A stretch of 64,000 nt of DNA. Source: an uncultured Gemmatimonadales bacterium (GTDB lineage: Bacteria > Actinomycetota > Acidimicrobiia > Spongiisociales > UBA5794). The notes below the pieces were generated by a model. That model worked only from the letters and a program-made list of their open reading frames with translations. It had not been told where the DNA came from and ran no database searches. The stretch lies in assembly GCA_964195945.1 (NCBI GenBank), contig CAXMRC010000150.1:16400-80399 (forward strand). Reading direction: 5' to 3'. Made by a program: the position numbers and the translations under genes. Shown here piece after piece: positions 37,870-47,605 of the stretch (position 1 is the stretch's first letter; each line of letters opens with the position of its first letter).

Positions 37870-38907
37870 ATGAGAAGGATCTCGACACGTTGGCCTAATG
37901 GAATCATCCTATTAGTGGTGGTCGCAACTCTTAGCCTTGCTGCCTGTGGTGGTGATGACGACAGTGCTGCGGGCGACGGAGGCACAATCTCGGTCTTTGG
38001 TGCTTTCGCCACTCAGATCGAAGAGCCATGGGACGGTGTGATCCATCGAGCGCTGCTCGCTGAGGCCGAGGCAGGCAACATCGAGTACGACTTCACAGAT
38101 GACATCGGCTACAGCGGCGACATGGAACGGATCCTCACTGAGGTGGCCGAGCAGGACAAACCGGACATCATCTTTGGTGATGCGTTTGGCAATGAGGATG
38201 CGGTGCGCCGTGTGGCGTCGAACTATCCGGATATCGCTTTTGCGTTTGGTTCAGGCGGCGGACCGGCAGATCCCAATTTCTCGGTATTTGACAACTGGAT
38301 CCACGAGCCGGCCTACCTCGCCGGGATGCTGGCCGGGGGTCTGACCGAGACCAACGTGGTTGGCGTGGTCGGCGGGTATCCCGTCCCAGAGGTAAACCGG
38401 ATCACAAACGCGTTTGTGGCCGGTGCCCAGGAAACCAATCCCAATGTCGAGGTGAAGGTCACCTTCATCAATAGCTGGTTCGACCCCGCCGCAGCCAAGG
38501 AGGCTGCACTTGCTCAGATCGATGCCGGAGCCGACGTGATGTACGCCGAGCGGTTTGGCGTAATCGAAGCATCGCAAGAGCGCGGAGCATTCTCGTTCGG
38601 GAACATGTCCGACCAAGTGGATCTCGCTCCTGACAGCGTCATCTCCAGCGTCGTATGGGACATGGCGCCAACTGTGGCTTATGTCATCGATCAGGTTGGC
38701 GCCGGTGCGTACACCTCACAGGATCTGAAAGATTTCAGCATGCTGGCCAAAGGCGGTGCGTCACTTGCGAGCATCAATACGGATCTAGCCGTTCCCCAGG
38801 ATCTTCTCGATCTGGTTACCCAGAGAGAGGCTGAGATCAGGAGCGGTGCGTTCCGCGTCAATATCAACGAGGCTGAGCCAGCCGGGTCGGTCCTTGTTGG
38901 CGGGTGA
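37870..38907 (+). CDS. BMP-family (PnrA-like) nucleoside-binding lipoprotein, ABC substrate-binding component
   Basis: Lipobox LSLAAC. NWIHEPAYLAGMLAG, VVGVVGGYPVPEV, INSWFDP. Confidence 0.85.
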   Translation: MRRISTRWPNGIILLVVVATLSLAACGGDDDSAAGDGGTISVFGAFATQIEEPWDGVIHRALLAEAEAGNIEYDFTDDIGYSGDMERILTEVAEQDKPDIIFGDAFGNEDAVRRVASNYPDIAFAFGSGGGPADPNFSVFDNWIHEPAYLAGMLAGGLTETNVVGVVGGYPVPEVNRITNAFVAGAQETNPNVEVKVTFINSWFDPAAAKEAALAQIDAGADVMYAERFGVIEASQERGAFSFGNMSDQVDLAPDSVISSVVWDMAPTVAYVIDQVGAGAYTSQDLKDFSMLAKGGASLASINTDLAVPQDLLDLVTQREAEIRSGAFRVNINEAEPAGSVLVGG

Positions 38908-40411
38908 GGCTTCCGCTGTTCCGGTAGTCGAGCTCAAGTCGATCAGTAAGAGCTTTGGCTCGCTCCTAGCGAACGATCGAATCGATCTTTCGCTACGACG
39001 CGGCGAGGTCCATGGGGTGCTCGGTGAGAACGGTGCGGGTAAGACCACCCTGATGCGGGTGCTCTACGGACTGACCCGACCCGAGAGCGGAGAGATCAGA
39101 GTCGACGGTGCGGCGGTAACTATCGCGTCACCGAAGGACGCGATCCGTGTCGGAATCGGGATGGTCACTCAGCACTTTGCTCTGGTAAAACCCATGACCG
39201 TTACCGAGAACGTAATCCTCGGTCGTGCCGGTGGCCCGGTTCTTGATCTCGATCGCGCAAGACGGCTGGTCGGTGAAGCGGCCGAGAAATACGGGCTTCA
39301 CGTCGACCCCGAGCAGCGGCTGGGAGATCTCTCGGTCGGCGAGCAGCAGCGGGTTGAGATCCTGAAAGCACTGTATCGCGAGTGCCGGGTCTTGATTCTT
39401 GACGAGCCGACCGCAGTGCTCACACCTCAGGAAATCCGCGCTCTGTTCGAGACGCTCAACAAACTGCGGGAAACCGGCATGGCGATCGTATTCATCAGCC
39501 ATAAGCTTCCCGAGGTGATGGCGCTGACCGACCGTGTCACGGTCCTTCGTCGGGGAAAGGTTGTCAACACTGTGGTGACCGCAGCCACAGATGCTGCCGG
39601 TCTGGCCTCCTTGATGGTGGGGAGGCCGGCAACAGCGCCCGAGCAGAAAGTTGCGAGCGACCCCGGACCCGTGGTTCTTGAGGTCGTCGGTCTCTCCGCA
39701 TTGGGGAAGTTGGGACGCCCTGCGCTATCGAATGTCAGTTTTGCGGTTGGTTCGGGCGAGATCCTCGGTTTCGCAGGGGTCTCGGGCAACGGCCAAACGG
39801 AATTGGCGGAGGTGCTCTCAGGCATGAGGACCGCAACCTTCGGTTCGGTTCTGTTGGAGGCACATGACATCGCCGGTTCTACCCCACGGCAGATTGTGGC
39901 CGCCGGCATGGGCCGCATCCCCGAGGATCGCCACGAGGCTCTCGTCGGGGAGATGTCCGTTGCCCACAATCTCATCCTCGAGCATCTGGATGAGGTCGGA
40001 AGCCGCTCGGTTCTCGACCGGCAAGGCATTCGCTCAAATGCCGTGGATCTGATCGACCGTTTTGCGATCAAAGCTGGGCCCGACGACCTGGTCAAGACAC
40101 TCTCCGGTGGCAACATTCAGAAAGTTCTTCTTGCTCGAGTGTTGGCTAGAGACCCGAAAGCCCTCGTCATCTCTCAGCCGACGCGCGGACTCGATGTCGG
40201 GGCCACGGAATACGTGCGCTCTGAGCTCTTGGCGCAGCGGGCCCGCGGGGCCGCGATCGTCTTGATCAGCGAGGACCTCGACGAACTCATGGAACTGTCG
40301 GACCGGTTGGTGGTGCTGTACAGCGGACGCATCGTCGGCGAACTATCGGCTGCGGCAGCAGATCGCGATCACATCGGGCTCTTGATGGCAGGCCATACGG
40401 AGGTGGCTTGA
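38846..40411 (+). CDS. ABC transporter ATP-binding protein with duplicated ATPase domains
   Basis: Two Walker A (GENGAGKTT; GVSGNGQTE), signature LSVGEQQR/LSGGNIQK, Walker B ILDEPT. The start is uncertain: the ATG at 38846 overlaps the BMP gene by 62 nt, and in-frame TTG codons lie at 38894 and 38897. Confidence 0.85.
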   Translation: MRSASISTRLSQPGRSLLAGEASAVPVVELKSISKSFGSLLANDRIDLSLRRGEVHGVLGENGAGKTTLMRVLYGLTRPESGEIRVDGAAVTIASPKDAIRVGIGMVTQHFALVKPMTVTENVILGRAGGPVLDLDRARRLVGEAAEKYGLHVDPEQRLGDLSVGEQQRVEILKALYRECRVLILDEPTAVLTPQEIRALFETLNKLRETGMAIVFISHKLPEVMALTDRVTVLRRGKVVNTVVTAATDAAGLASLMVGRPATAPEQKVASDPGPVVLEVVGLSALGKLGRPALSNVSFAVGSGEILGFAGVSGNGQTELAEVLSGMRTATFGSVLLEAHDIAGSTPRQIVAAGMGRIPEDRHEALVGEMSVAHNLILEHLDEVGSRSVLDRQGIRSNAVDLIDRFAIKAGPDDLVKTLSGGNIQKVLLARVLARDPKALVISQPTRGLDVGATEYVRSELLAQRARGAAIVLISEDLDELMELSDRLVVLYSGRIVGELSAAAADRDHIGLLMAGHTEVA

Positions 40412-40412
40412 T

Positions 40413-41498
40413 ATGGGGGCGTTGCGACGCGGCTCGATTACAGCTGGCATCATCCTCGGCGCGACCTTCGTCATAACAACCCCGTTCATACTGATGGCGG
40501 GGGCCAACCCCTTTGCCGCCTACGCCGAGTTCTTGGTTCTGCCGTTGACGTCGCGGTTCTCGTTCCTAGAGGTTTTGGTCGCTTCGATTCCTCTTATTCT
40601 CACTGGTCTTGCGGTCGCCCTGGCGTTCCGTGCGGGCTATTGGAACATCGGAGCCGAGGGACAGCTGCTGATGGGTGCGGTGGCCGCGGCCGGCGTGGGG
40701 ATGGCGGCTGGCGATCAGCCACGGGTTCTGGTGCTTCTGGCGGTCGTTGTTGCCGGTGCTCTGGCCGGTGCACTGTGGGCGCTGGTTCCCGCTTTGTTGC
40801 GGGTAAAGCTTGGCATAGATGAAGTGGTGACAACGCTACTTCTCAACCCGGTTGCCTTGCTGGTGGTCACCGCGCTGCTCAACGGTCCATGGCGGGACTC
40901 GGAGACCGGGTTCCCCGAATCAGACCGTATCGCTGAATCGGCTCAATTCCCGGTGTTGGTCAGCCGTTCCCGAGTCCACCTTGGTTTTCTCATCGGGGTT
41001 GCTATCGCCGGCATCTTGTGGTTTGTCCTGGCTCGCACGGTGGCTGGTCTTCGCATCTCAGCTGTCGGACTCAGTCCCAACGCCGCTCGCTTCGCTGGTA
41101 TCGATGTGGGGAGGACACTGCTCGTTGCCGCTCTCGTCAGCGGCGCCATTGCCGGCATTGCAGGAGCCAGCGAGGTAGGCGGCATCCAGTACCGACTGAC
41201 TGGTGGCCTCTCCCCCGGTTTCGGCTACACCGGGATTGTGGTTGCAACGCTCGGGGGTTTGGCTATGCCAACCGTTGTTCTTGCTGCGATCCTGCTCGGC
41301 GACCTCAACGTGGGTGCAGGCACCGCCGGCCGCGTTCTTGACATTCCGTCGCAGCTTGGCGACGTCGTGCAAGCCACTGTGTTGCTCGTCACTGTCGGAG
41401 TCTTGGTCTACCGCCGGTATCGGCAGCGTCGCCCGACAGTCGCTCTTCCCGAAGTGCCACTCCCCGAAGTGTCAGTTCCCGAGGCGGAGGCACCATGA
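40413..41498 (+). CDS. ABC transporter permease
   Basis: 10-TM BPD-type permease, translationally coupled to the ATPase gene. Confidence 0.85.
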   Translation: MGALRRGSITAGIILGATFVITTPFILMAGANPFAAYAEFLVLPLTSRFSFLEVLVASIPLILTGLAVALAFRAGYWNIGAEGQLLMGAVAAAGVGMAAGDQPRVLVLLAVVVAGALAGALWALVPALLRVKLGIDEVVTTLLLNPVALLVVTALLNGPWRDSETGFPESDRIAESAQFPVLVSRSRVHLGFLIGVAIAGILWFVLARTVAGLRISAVGLSPNAARFAGIDVGRTLLVAALVSGAIAGIAGASEVGGIQYRLTGGLSPGFGYTGIVVATLGGLAMPTVVLAAILLGDLNVGAGTAGRVLDIPSQLGDVVQATVLLVTVGVLVYRRYRQRRPTVALPEVPLPEVSVPEAEAP

Positions 41499-42400
41499 GC
41501 TTTGTCTTTGAGGTGCTTGCAGCGACGTTCCGCATTGCCACTCCCCTGGTTTATGGGACGATCGGCGAAACCTACGCAGAAAAGGCCGGGATTCTGAATC
41601 TCGGGATCGAGGGCACGATGTATGCCGGGGCGTTCTTTGGTTTCGCCGCAGCCTCACAAACTGGCTCACTCGGACTTGGAATCCTTGCCGCTGTCGGTGT
41701 CGGGCTCCTCGCCGGCGCGCTCATGGCATTCCTGAGCGTGACAGTTGGTACCAGCCAGCATGTTGCCGGTATCGGCATCACCCTGGGCCTTATCGGTCTC
41801 TCCGAGTTCATCAACCGGCTCTACTTCGGCAGCTCCGAGGGCATACGTCGCATTGAGCCATACCGGCTGTTGGAACCGTTCGGGTCAAACAACCTCTTCA
41901 GCCAATACGCGATGACGTACGTTGCGTTTCTGATTGTTGCCCCGCTGGCGTGGTGGGTGCTGCGTTCCACCTCGTTCGGTCTTGCGGTACGTGCGGTCGG
42001 GGAGAACCCGGAGGCTGCCGATGCTGCCGGGCTATCGGTTGCCCTATATCGATATGCCGCACTGATGATCGGTGGTGCATTGATGGCGGTCGGCGGAGCC
42101 TTTCTTACTCTGGCGACGCTCGGCACGTTCACGCTCGACATAATCGCGGGCAGGGGCTGGGTTTGTATCGCGCTTGTTATCTTCGGACGATGGCGGATAT
42201 GGCGGGGAGTCTTTGGGGCCCTGGTGTTTGCTGCCGTTTTCTCGCTGCAGTTGCGGCTCCGGATTCTGGCGGGGTGGGACGCAATTCCGTTCGAGTTGCT
42301 CTTGGCGCTCCCCTATCTGGTCGTGATCGCGGCTCTGGCAGCCTCCGGTCGTAACGTTGAATACCCCGGAGCCTATCTGAAGCACTACAGGAGAGAATGA
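41495..42400 (+). CDS. ABC transporter permease
   Basis: Second permease, ATGA overlap with the first. Confidence 0.85.
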   Translation: MSFVFEVLAATFRIATPLVYGTIGETYAEKAGILNLGIEGTMYAGAFFGFAAASQTGSLGLGILAAVGVGLLAGALMAFLSVTVGTSQHVAGIGITLGLIGLSEFINRLYFGSSEGIRRIEPYRLLEPFGSNNLFSQYAMTYVAFLIVAPLAWWVLRSTSFGLAVRAVGENPEAADAAGLSVALYRYAALMIGGALMAVGGAFLTLATLGTFTLDIIAGRGWVCIALVIFGRWRIWRGVFGALVFAAVFSLQLRLRILAGWDAIPFELLLALPYLVVIAALAASGRNVEYPGAYLKHYRRE

Positions 42401-42849
42401 TGAACGATTGGGACGTCCGTTGTCTAGATGAAGCGATTGCCCAGGCGAAAACTGGGTTGGCGGAGGGTGGCATTCCGATCGGGGCTGCGCTCGCCACCGC
42501 GGAGGAAATCCTCGGAGCCGGGCACAACCGGCGAGTTCAGCTTGGCTCGGCGATTCGCCATGGGGAGACCGACGCGCTGGAGGTTGCGGGTCGGCAGCCG
42601 GCATCTGTGTACCGCACCGCAACTATGTACACCACCCTGTCGCCTTGCGATATGTGCACCGGTGCGATTCTTCTCTATGGAATTCCAAGGGTTGTCATCG
42701 GCGAAAACCGAACCTTCATGGGGGCCGAAGACTTGCTGCGCAGCCGCGGGGTCGAGGTCGTCATCGCCGACAACTCCGAGTGCATAGCCATGATGGAGGG
42801 CTTCATCGCAGAGAGCCCCGCGCTGTGGAATGAGGACATCGGAGAGTAA
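42397..42849 (+). CDS. Cytosine deaminase of the yeast Fcy1 type (CDA-fold, zinc)
   Basis: HGETDALE (Zn ligand His and catalytic Glu), TMYTTLSPCDMCTGAILLYGIPRVVIGEN, and C-terminal ALWNEDIGE closely match Fcy1 (TLYTTLSPCDMCTGAI..., WFEDIGE). Confidence 0.85.
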   Translation: MMNDWDVRCLDEAIAQAKTGLAEGGIPIGAALATAEEILGAGHNRRVQLGSAIRHGETDALEVAGRQPASVYRTATMYTTLSPCDMCTGAILLYGIPRVVIGENRTFMGAEDLLRSRGVEVVIADNSECIAMMEGFIAESPALWNEDIGE

Positions 42850-42865
42850 AACCTGGTTGTTCCGG

Positions 42866-43450
42866 TCAGGGTGTTTGCGAAGCGGACCCATCGCGCAGCC
42901 ACGGAGGACCACCGCCACCACCGCTGGGTGTTGTTGCTACCGCCACCTCGGGTGCGTCCGCTTCCCACGATCTGAGCAGGCCTACGACCGCCTGGATCTC
43001 CGACTCGGTCATTCGGTCTCCCCACGGTGGCATCGCGGTATCAGGTACGCCGAGCGTGATGATCTGCTGGATCGCTCCGTCGGGTGTCTCCTCGAGGAAC
43101 CCTTTGACGTTGAGTGCGGGCGCACGTGGGGTCCCTTGCCCGAGCGGTCCATGACACTGTGCGCAATTGGTCGAATAGAGAGCTCCCCCCAGCTCCAAGG
43201 ACTCCGCAGGGGTGTAGTTGATTTGCAAAAACACCCCGGTGGTCACGAGCATCATGACTAGGAGAGCCGCAAGACCTCCAAGGCCCCAGGTGTAGCTAAA
43301 GCGGAGCGTCCTTTTCGGGATGCGCGACGGGTGCAGGTGCAGTACCAACGTGTCGAGCACCATCCGCGTACGACCACGATCGTCCTTCGGCACCGGTGGT
43401 GGTGCCAGCCTCTCCCGGATTCGCTGCAGGCTTGAGTCGTCACGCTCCAT
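42866..43450 (-). CDS. Membrane-anchored mono-haem class I cytochrome c
   Basis: CAQCHG haem-binding site and a distal Met (DTAMPPW). One TM helix preceded by LHLHPSRIPKRTLRFSYTWGLGG, which resembles cytochrome b helix A. Start uncertain (ATG at 43450 or 43363, or upstream at 43603). Confidence 0.7.
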   Translation of the reverse strand: MERDDSSLQRIRERLAPPPVPKDDRGRTRMVLDTLVLHLHPSRIPKRTLRFSYTWGLGGLAALLVMMLVTTGVFLQINYTPAESLELGGALYSTNCAQCHGPLGQGTPRAPALNVKGFLEETPDGAIQQIITLGVPDTAMPPWGDRMTESEIQAVVGLLRSWEADAPEVAVATTPSGGGGGPPWLRDGSASQTP

Positions 43451-43609
43451 GTGGCGGGGATATTGGCTTGCGCGAATACCCGGCGGCTTGCCAGGCTTGC
43501 AACTTTGGCGGCTCGTGCTGGCGTTCCTGCACCCGCGAGCGACTGCCGCGCCCGCGGCCAGCTCCACGTCTACGGACCGGCCAGAGTTCGAGTCGGCGGC
43601 CATGTGGTC

Positions 43610-44695
43610 CTAGCGGGTACCGGAACCGTTTCCCTCCTCGGCGATTAGCCGTTGCAGCAGAGATTCTGTCGACTCGAGATGCTGTTCACCCGACTCGCCC
43701 AGCAGTCCCCTCTGAGTCAATGTGTAGAGAAATCCGAGAGCTGGAACCGCCAGCAGTCCAGCCGCCATGAAGGCAACCATCAGAGCAACCAACACTGCAT
43801 CTGATGCGGCGTATTCATCTACTGTCGCCGACTTCTCGAGTAGATAGGGGTATTGACCCGCCCCCCATCCCCACAACACAGTCGCGGTCGCCACCACCGC
43901 GGCCAGACGGGCCTGGACATACTGTCTTCGCTGCAACAGGACCAGGGCCGCCACTCCACCTGCCGCGGACGCGATCATGAGCGGTATGCCACGTACCGAA
44001 ACGAGTCCGTCGAATAGGTCGGGGGCGTCGATGGCGAGTACCGCGATGCCACCGACGGCGAGGACCCCCATCGCCACTCCGGTCGCCATGGCCCGCTTGC
44101 GAAAGTACTCAGCGATGTCTACCGATCCCTCTGAGATGGCGTCCCTTCCAGCCAGAACAGCCGCAAGGAATGCCGTCGCACCGACGGCGAGCGCACCTCC
44201 CAGCAGCGAGGTTGGGTTGAACCAAGAGGTAAGAGGATCGCCCAGCGCGTTTCCCAACGGGACCCGCCCGGAGGCCACTCCCCCGGCGACGGTGCCCAAG
44301 AAGAATGGCGTGAGTATCGATGATGCGGCAAAAGTCGCACCGAGGGCGCGCCGACGACCCAATGTGGCTGCCCATTTTCGGAACGCAAAAGCCGCACCGC
44401 GCAAGATGATCCCGATGGCCGCGATGGTCAGCGGGATGTACATAGTTGTGGCAATGGCGACGAAAGGCTCGGGAAACGCGGTCCATAGATAGACCAGTAC
44501 AAATATCAGCCAGACGTGGTTCGCCTCCCATACCGGTCCGATAATTCGTTCCAGGAATGACCGCACCCTGGAACCCTTTTCGGCATCTCCGGCGAGGAGA
44601 TCCCAGAACCCCGCGCCGAAGTCTGCCCCGCCAAAGATGCCGTAGGCGGTGATACCGAGCCAGATAACAACGAGTACGACATCTGCAAGCGTCAT
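43610..44695 (-). CDS. cydB: Cytochrome bd ubiquinol oxidase subunit II
   Basis: MTLADVVLVVIWLGITAYGIFGGADFGAGFWDLL at the N-terminus, 8 TM. ATGA overlap with cydA. Confidence 0.85.
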   Translation of the reverse strand: MTLADVVLVVIWLGITAYGIFGGADFGAGFWDLLAGDAEKGSRVRSFLERIIGPVWEANHVWLIFVLVYLWTAFPEPFVAIATTMYIPLTIAAIGIILRGAAFAFRKWAATLGRRRALGATFAASSILTPFFLGTVAGGVASGRVPLGNALGDPLTSWFNPTSLLGGALAVGATAFLAAVLAGRDAISEGSVDIAEYFRKRAMATGVAMGVLAVGGIAVLAIDAPDLFDGLVSVRGIPLMIASAAGGVAALVLLQRRQYVQARLAAVVATATVLWGWGAGQYPYLLEKSATVDEYAASDAVLVALMVAFMAAGLLAVPALGFLYTLTQRGLLGESGEQHLESTESLLQRLIAEEGNGSGTR

Positions 44696-46062
44696 AGTGA
44701 CACCGGAGGGTTGGGACCATACGGCACTGGGGCTTCCTCTCCAGCCGCGAACCGAACGGCGATTCGCCGCAGGACGGCGACTGTAATGATCCCGAGACCG
44801 ACGTAGATCATGCTGATGACTGTTGCCGACACCGCAATGCCGTCGGCTGCTGTGACGGCGTCAGTCGTCCGCACGACGCCGTACACAATCCAGGGCTGAC
44901 GTCCAACCTCTGTTGTTATCCAGCCCATCTCCATGGCGACAATGGCCGCTAGTCCGGCACCAGACGCCAATCGCCAGAACCACATCGATCCGGGCAGGCG
45001 CCGTCGTCGCCACCACACGAATGCAAACCAGGCCGAGAGGCCCACAAGCCCGGTGCCGAGGCCGACCATCACCTGGAACGCCAGGTGTACGACGTTGGCG
45101 GGAGGCCGCTCGTCTTCGGGAACTGAATCGAGTCCCGGTACCTCTCCGTTGAAATCCCTGGTACCCAGCCATGACGCCAGTTTCGGGATCTCTATGGCAC
45201 CAACTACCTCCCCGTCAACGAGGACGCCGCCTAAAGCTAGCGGCGCACCTTCCTGGGTCTCGGGTAGCAGCTCGATAGCTGCAAACTTGGCAGGTTGCGC
45301 CTCGATGAGCCGGCGGGTAGCGACATCGCCTACCAGGACCTGCAGCGGTGCGGCGATCGACGCCAGCACAAACGGAATGACGAACCCCAGCCGGTGAATC
45401 CGGTCGCGTCTCCCTTTGAGCCAACCCACCGCATAGACGCTCGCCACCATAAAACCGGAAACCATGTAGGCCGCGAGCAGCATGTGGGCATACTGAATCC
45501 CGACCGCCGGATTGAACATGGCAGCCAGCGGATTGACATCGACGATCGAGCCATCAGTTGCGATCGTGAATCCGGCCGGCGAGTTCATCCATGCGTTGGC
45601 CGACAGGATGAAGAACGACCCGGCGATTCCTGCGAGAACGATGGGAAACAGGGTCAAGTAGTGCACCCGGGCGGACAGGCGTTTCCAGTCGTATAGGTAG
45701 ATCCCGATGAAGATGGCCTCTAGGAAGAAGGAGACGCCCTCCAGCGCGAACGGCAATCCGATCACGTCCCCATACGGTCCCATCAGGCCCGGCCACAGGA
45801 TCCCCATTTCGAAGCTGAGAATCGTCCCCGAAACGGCGCCTACCGCGAACAGAACCGCCATCACCTTCGACCAGCGCTTTGCCAGAATGAGAGCAGCTGC
45901 ATCTCCACGCCTGAGCCCACGCCGGTGGGCGATGAGTGTGATCAGTGGGAAGCCGATCCCCAGCGCAGCGAAGATGATGTGGAACCCGAGACTGATCGCC
46001 ATTTGATAGCGGGCCGCGGCCAAATTGGTGTCGGCGGCAAGAGCGACTAACCCATCAGTCAT
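44692..46062 (-). CDS. cydA: Cytochrome bd ubiquinol oxidase subunit I
   Basis: ARYQMAISLGFHIIFA, Q-loop, GRQPW. Start at MTDGLVAL with GGAGG SD; the upstream extension in the table was trimmed. Confidence 0.9.
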   Translation of the reverse strand: MTDGLVALAADTNLAAARYQMAISLGFHIIFAALGIGFPLITLIAHRRGLRRGDAAALILAKRWSKVMAVLFAVGAVSGTILSFEMGILWPGLMGPYGDVIGLPFALEGVSFFLEAIFIGIYLYDWKRLSARVHYLTLFPIVLAGIAGSFFILSANAWMNSPAGFTIATDGSIVDVNPLAAMFNPAVGIQYAHMLLAAYMVSGFMVASVYAVGWLKGRRDRIHRLGFVIPFVLASIAAPLQVLVGDVATRRLIEAQPAKFAAIELLPETQEGAPLALGGVLVDGEVVGAIEIPKLASWLGTRDFNGEVPGLDSVPEDERPPANVVHLAFQVMVGLGTGLVGLSAWFAFVWWRRRRLPGSMWFWRLASGAGLAAIVAMEMGWITTEVGRQPWIVYGVVRTTDAVTAADGIAVSATVISMIYVGLGIITVAVLRRIAVRFAAGEEAPVPYGPNPPVSL

Positions 46063-46329
46063 TGCAATAGCCTCCGCGAGACAGGACGACCGTCGGTAAG
46101 CCCGGCAGTCGATCTGATGACCACGGTAGCCTGGCGCCGGTGCTACAAAATCCGCGACATTCCGGTGCAATGGACAAACCATCGCGTTGAGCGGCACGCT
46201 CCGCTACATCGCCCAAAACGTTGCCAGAGCCTTCTGGCGGACCATGCCCGCCAGAAATCGGCACGAGCGTTCGCTGGTCGGCGCTTGGATGTTGACACGC
46301 TCGAAGAAGTCGCAATCGCCGGGATATGT

Positions 46330-46560
46330 CTAGTTCTTCAATTGTGCCGCCGAGCCCGACAGCACGATCGTCGTTTCGATTCCCGAACCATTCCGGGACT
46401 CCACGAGTCGGCGGAGTGCTTGGATGAGGGCGAGGTCCTCCGGACTGAAATCGAGCTCAGAGATGCGGTGCCCGAACATGGCTGGGTCAGCATCGACGAC
46501 GATCTCACCAACAGGCAGCGTCATGGCTGTCAGCCAACGAGTCGCCTCCTCCTGGTTCAT
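46330..46560 (-). CDS. Small hypothetical protein (76 aa from MNQEEATRWL)
   Basis: Protein-like C-terminal 76 aa. The N-terminal 25 codons of the table ORF cover a perfect hairpin and are low-complexity, so the start was moved to 46560. Weak overall. Confidence 0.3.
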   Translation of the reverse strand: MNQEEATRWLTAMTLPVGEIVVDADPAMFGHRISELDFSPEDLALIQALRRLVESRNGSGIETTIVLSGSAAQLKN

Positions 46561-46565
46561 TCCGA

Positions 46566-46592
46566 TATCGAATCGCCTCCCCCGATTCGATA
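46566..46592 (-). promoter_or_regulatory. Perfect 10-bp inverted repeat TATCGAATCG-N7-CGATTCGATA. The loop carries GGGGAGG on the minus-strand transcript.
   Basis: Read directly from the sequence. Lies 6-32 nt upstream of the ATG at 46560 and 108 nt downstream of the stop of the lipoprotein gene. Confidence 0.5.
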
Positions 46593-46699
46593 ATCCGCTG
46601 CAGATCATGGACTCTCGATCTCGCATCGGCCCCAAGCCCGGTGCCTATCTCACTTGCGGCCACAGCACTCCTCACCCAGTCACGACCTGTCACAACGGC

Positions 46700-47605
46700 T
46701 CAATAGCCCACTAGCCCGACACAGCTGAATGTCGCTTCAATGGACGCAGGCGGGTCCGCAACCGAGGCCGAGAAGCTCCCGGTGAACAGCCACTCTTCAT
46801 TCGACACGGACTCTGCCTGATTCAGGACGAACGCGCCATCGATCTCCTGGAGATCCCACACGGATTCGTCAAGAGCAGGGTCTGCGGCGAACACCCAGAC
46901 CTGGCCTTCATAGGCCCCGGGTTCGACACCTGAGTCGTAGCTGGAGACCGAGGACTGAAAGTCGGGGCCTTCCAGGTAGATGTTTATCGAGCCGGTCTCG
47001 AGGTCGCCATACATGTCGCACGACACCTCATACTCTCCGCTCAGGGTCTCTTCGTAGGTGCCGCCCCCGGCTGAGATCGTCTGGGTGGCCGCAGATGACA
47101 CGTCACCACTGCTGTCGGAATCGTCAACGGCAGCTGAAGATTCCGGCTCCTCGTCGAACGAAATCCCGCATTCGCGCACCATATATCCTTCGACGCGGAC
47201 GGTTGCCTCCTCGAATGCCAGAAGTTCGACCTCGTCGAGTGGCTCGGGTCCGGTGGGATCCTTTGCCCACTCGCCGAAACTCGTCATGGCGGAGATCATC
47301 AGGGCAAAATCGGCCTCTAGTTCGGCGGGGGCGGCGCTGCCCAGGCGAAGGTAGATGTCCTTGAGAAATTCGTACAGGTCAAGGGCTTCCAGAGTCGGAT
47401 CATCCTCATCCAGGGCACCCAGTTCCTCCGATAGATTCACGACTGTTTGACAGAAGTCGGATCCCCCTCCGGTCGGAAGAGCTGCGCTCTCGGCTGCCGC
47501 ACTGACACCGGCATCAGAATCAGCAGCAACCGCATCACTCGAACCTCCCCCGCACGCCGCCAGTATTAGGGCGACTACCACGGCCACCAATCGCGTCCGT
47601 GCCAT
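46700..47605 (-). CDS. Hypothetical lipoprotein (acidic, Asp/Ser/Glu-rich)
   Basis: MARTRLVAVVVALILAACGGGSS lipobox. No domain recognised. Start trimmed from the table ORF. Confidence 0.6.
   Translation of the reverse strand: MARTRLVAVVVALILAACGGGSSDAVAADSDAGVSAAAESAALPTGGGSDFCQTVVNLSEELGALDEDDPTLEALDLYEFLKDIYLRLGSAAPAELEADFALMISAMTSFGEWAKDPTGPEPLDEVELLAFEEATVRVEGYMVRECGISFDEEPESSAAVDDSDSSGDVSSAATQTISAGGGTYEETLSGEYEVSCDMYGDLETGSINIYLEGPDFQSSVSSYDSGVEPGAYEGQVWVFAADPALDESVWDLQEIDGAFVLNQAESVSNEEWLFTGSFSASVADPPASIEATFSCVGLVGY

Noticed and set aside
46055-46315. 86-aa minus-strand ORF upstream of cydA
   Set aside because: It lies in the cydA 5' region and overlaps the trimmed cydA N-terminal extension. 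It has no SD and a low-complexity sequence. The region is more likely the cydAB promoter/leader.
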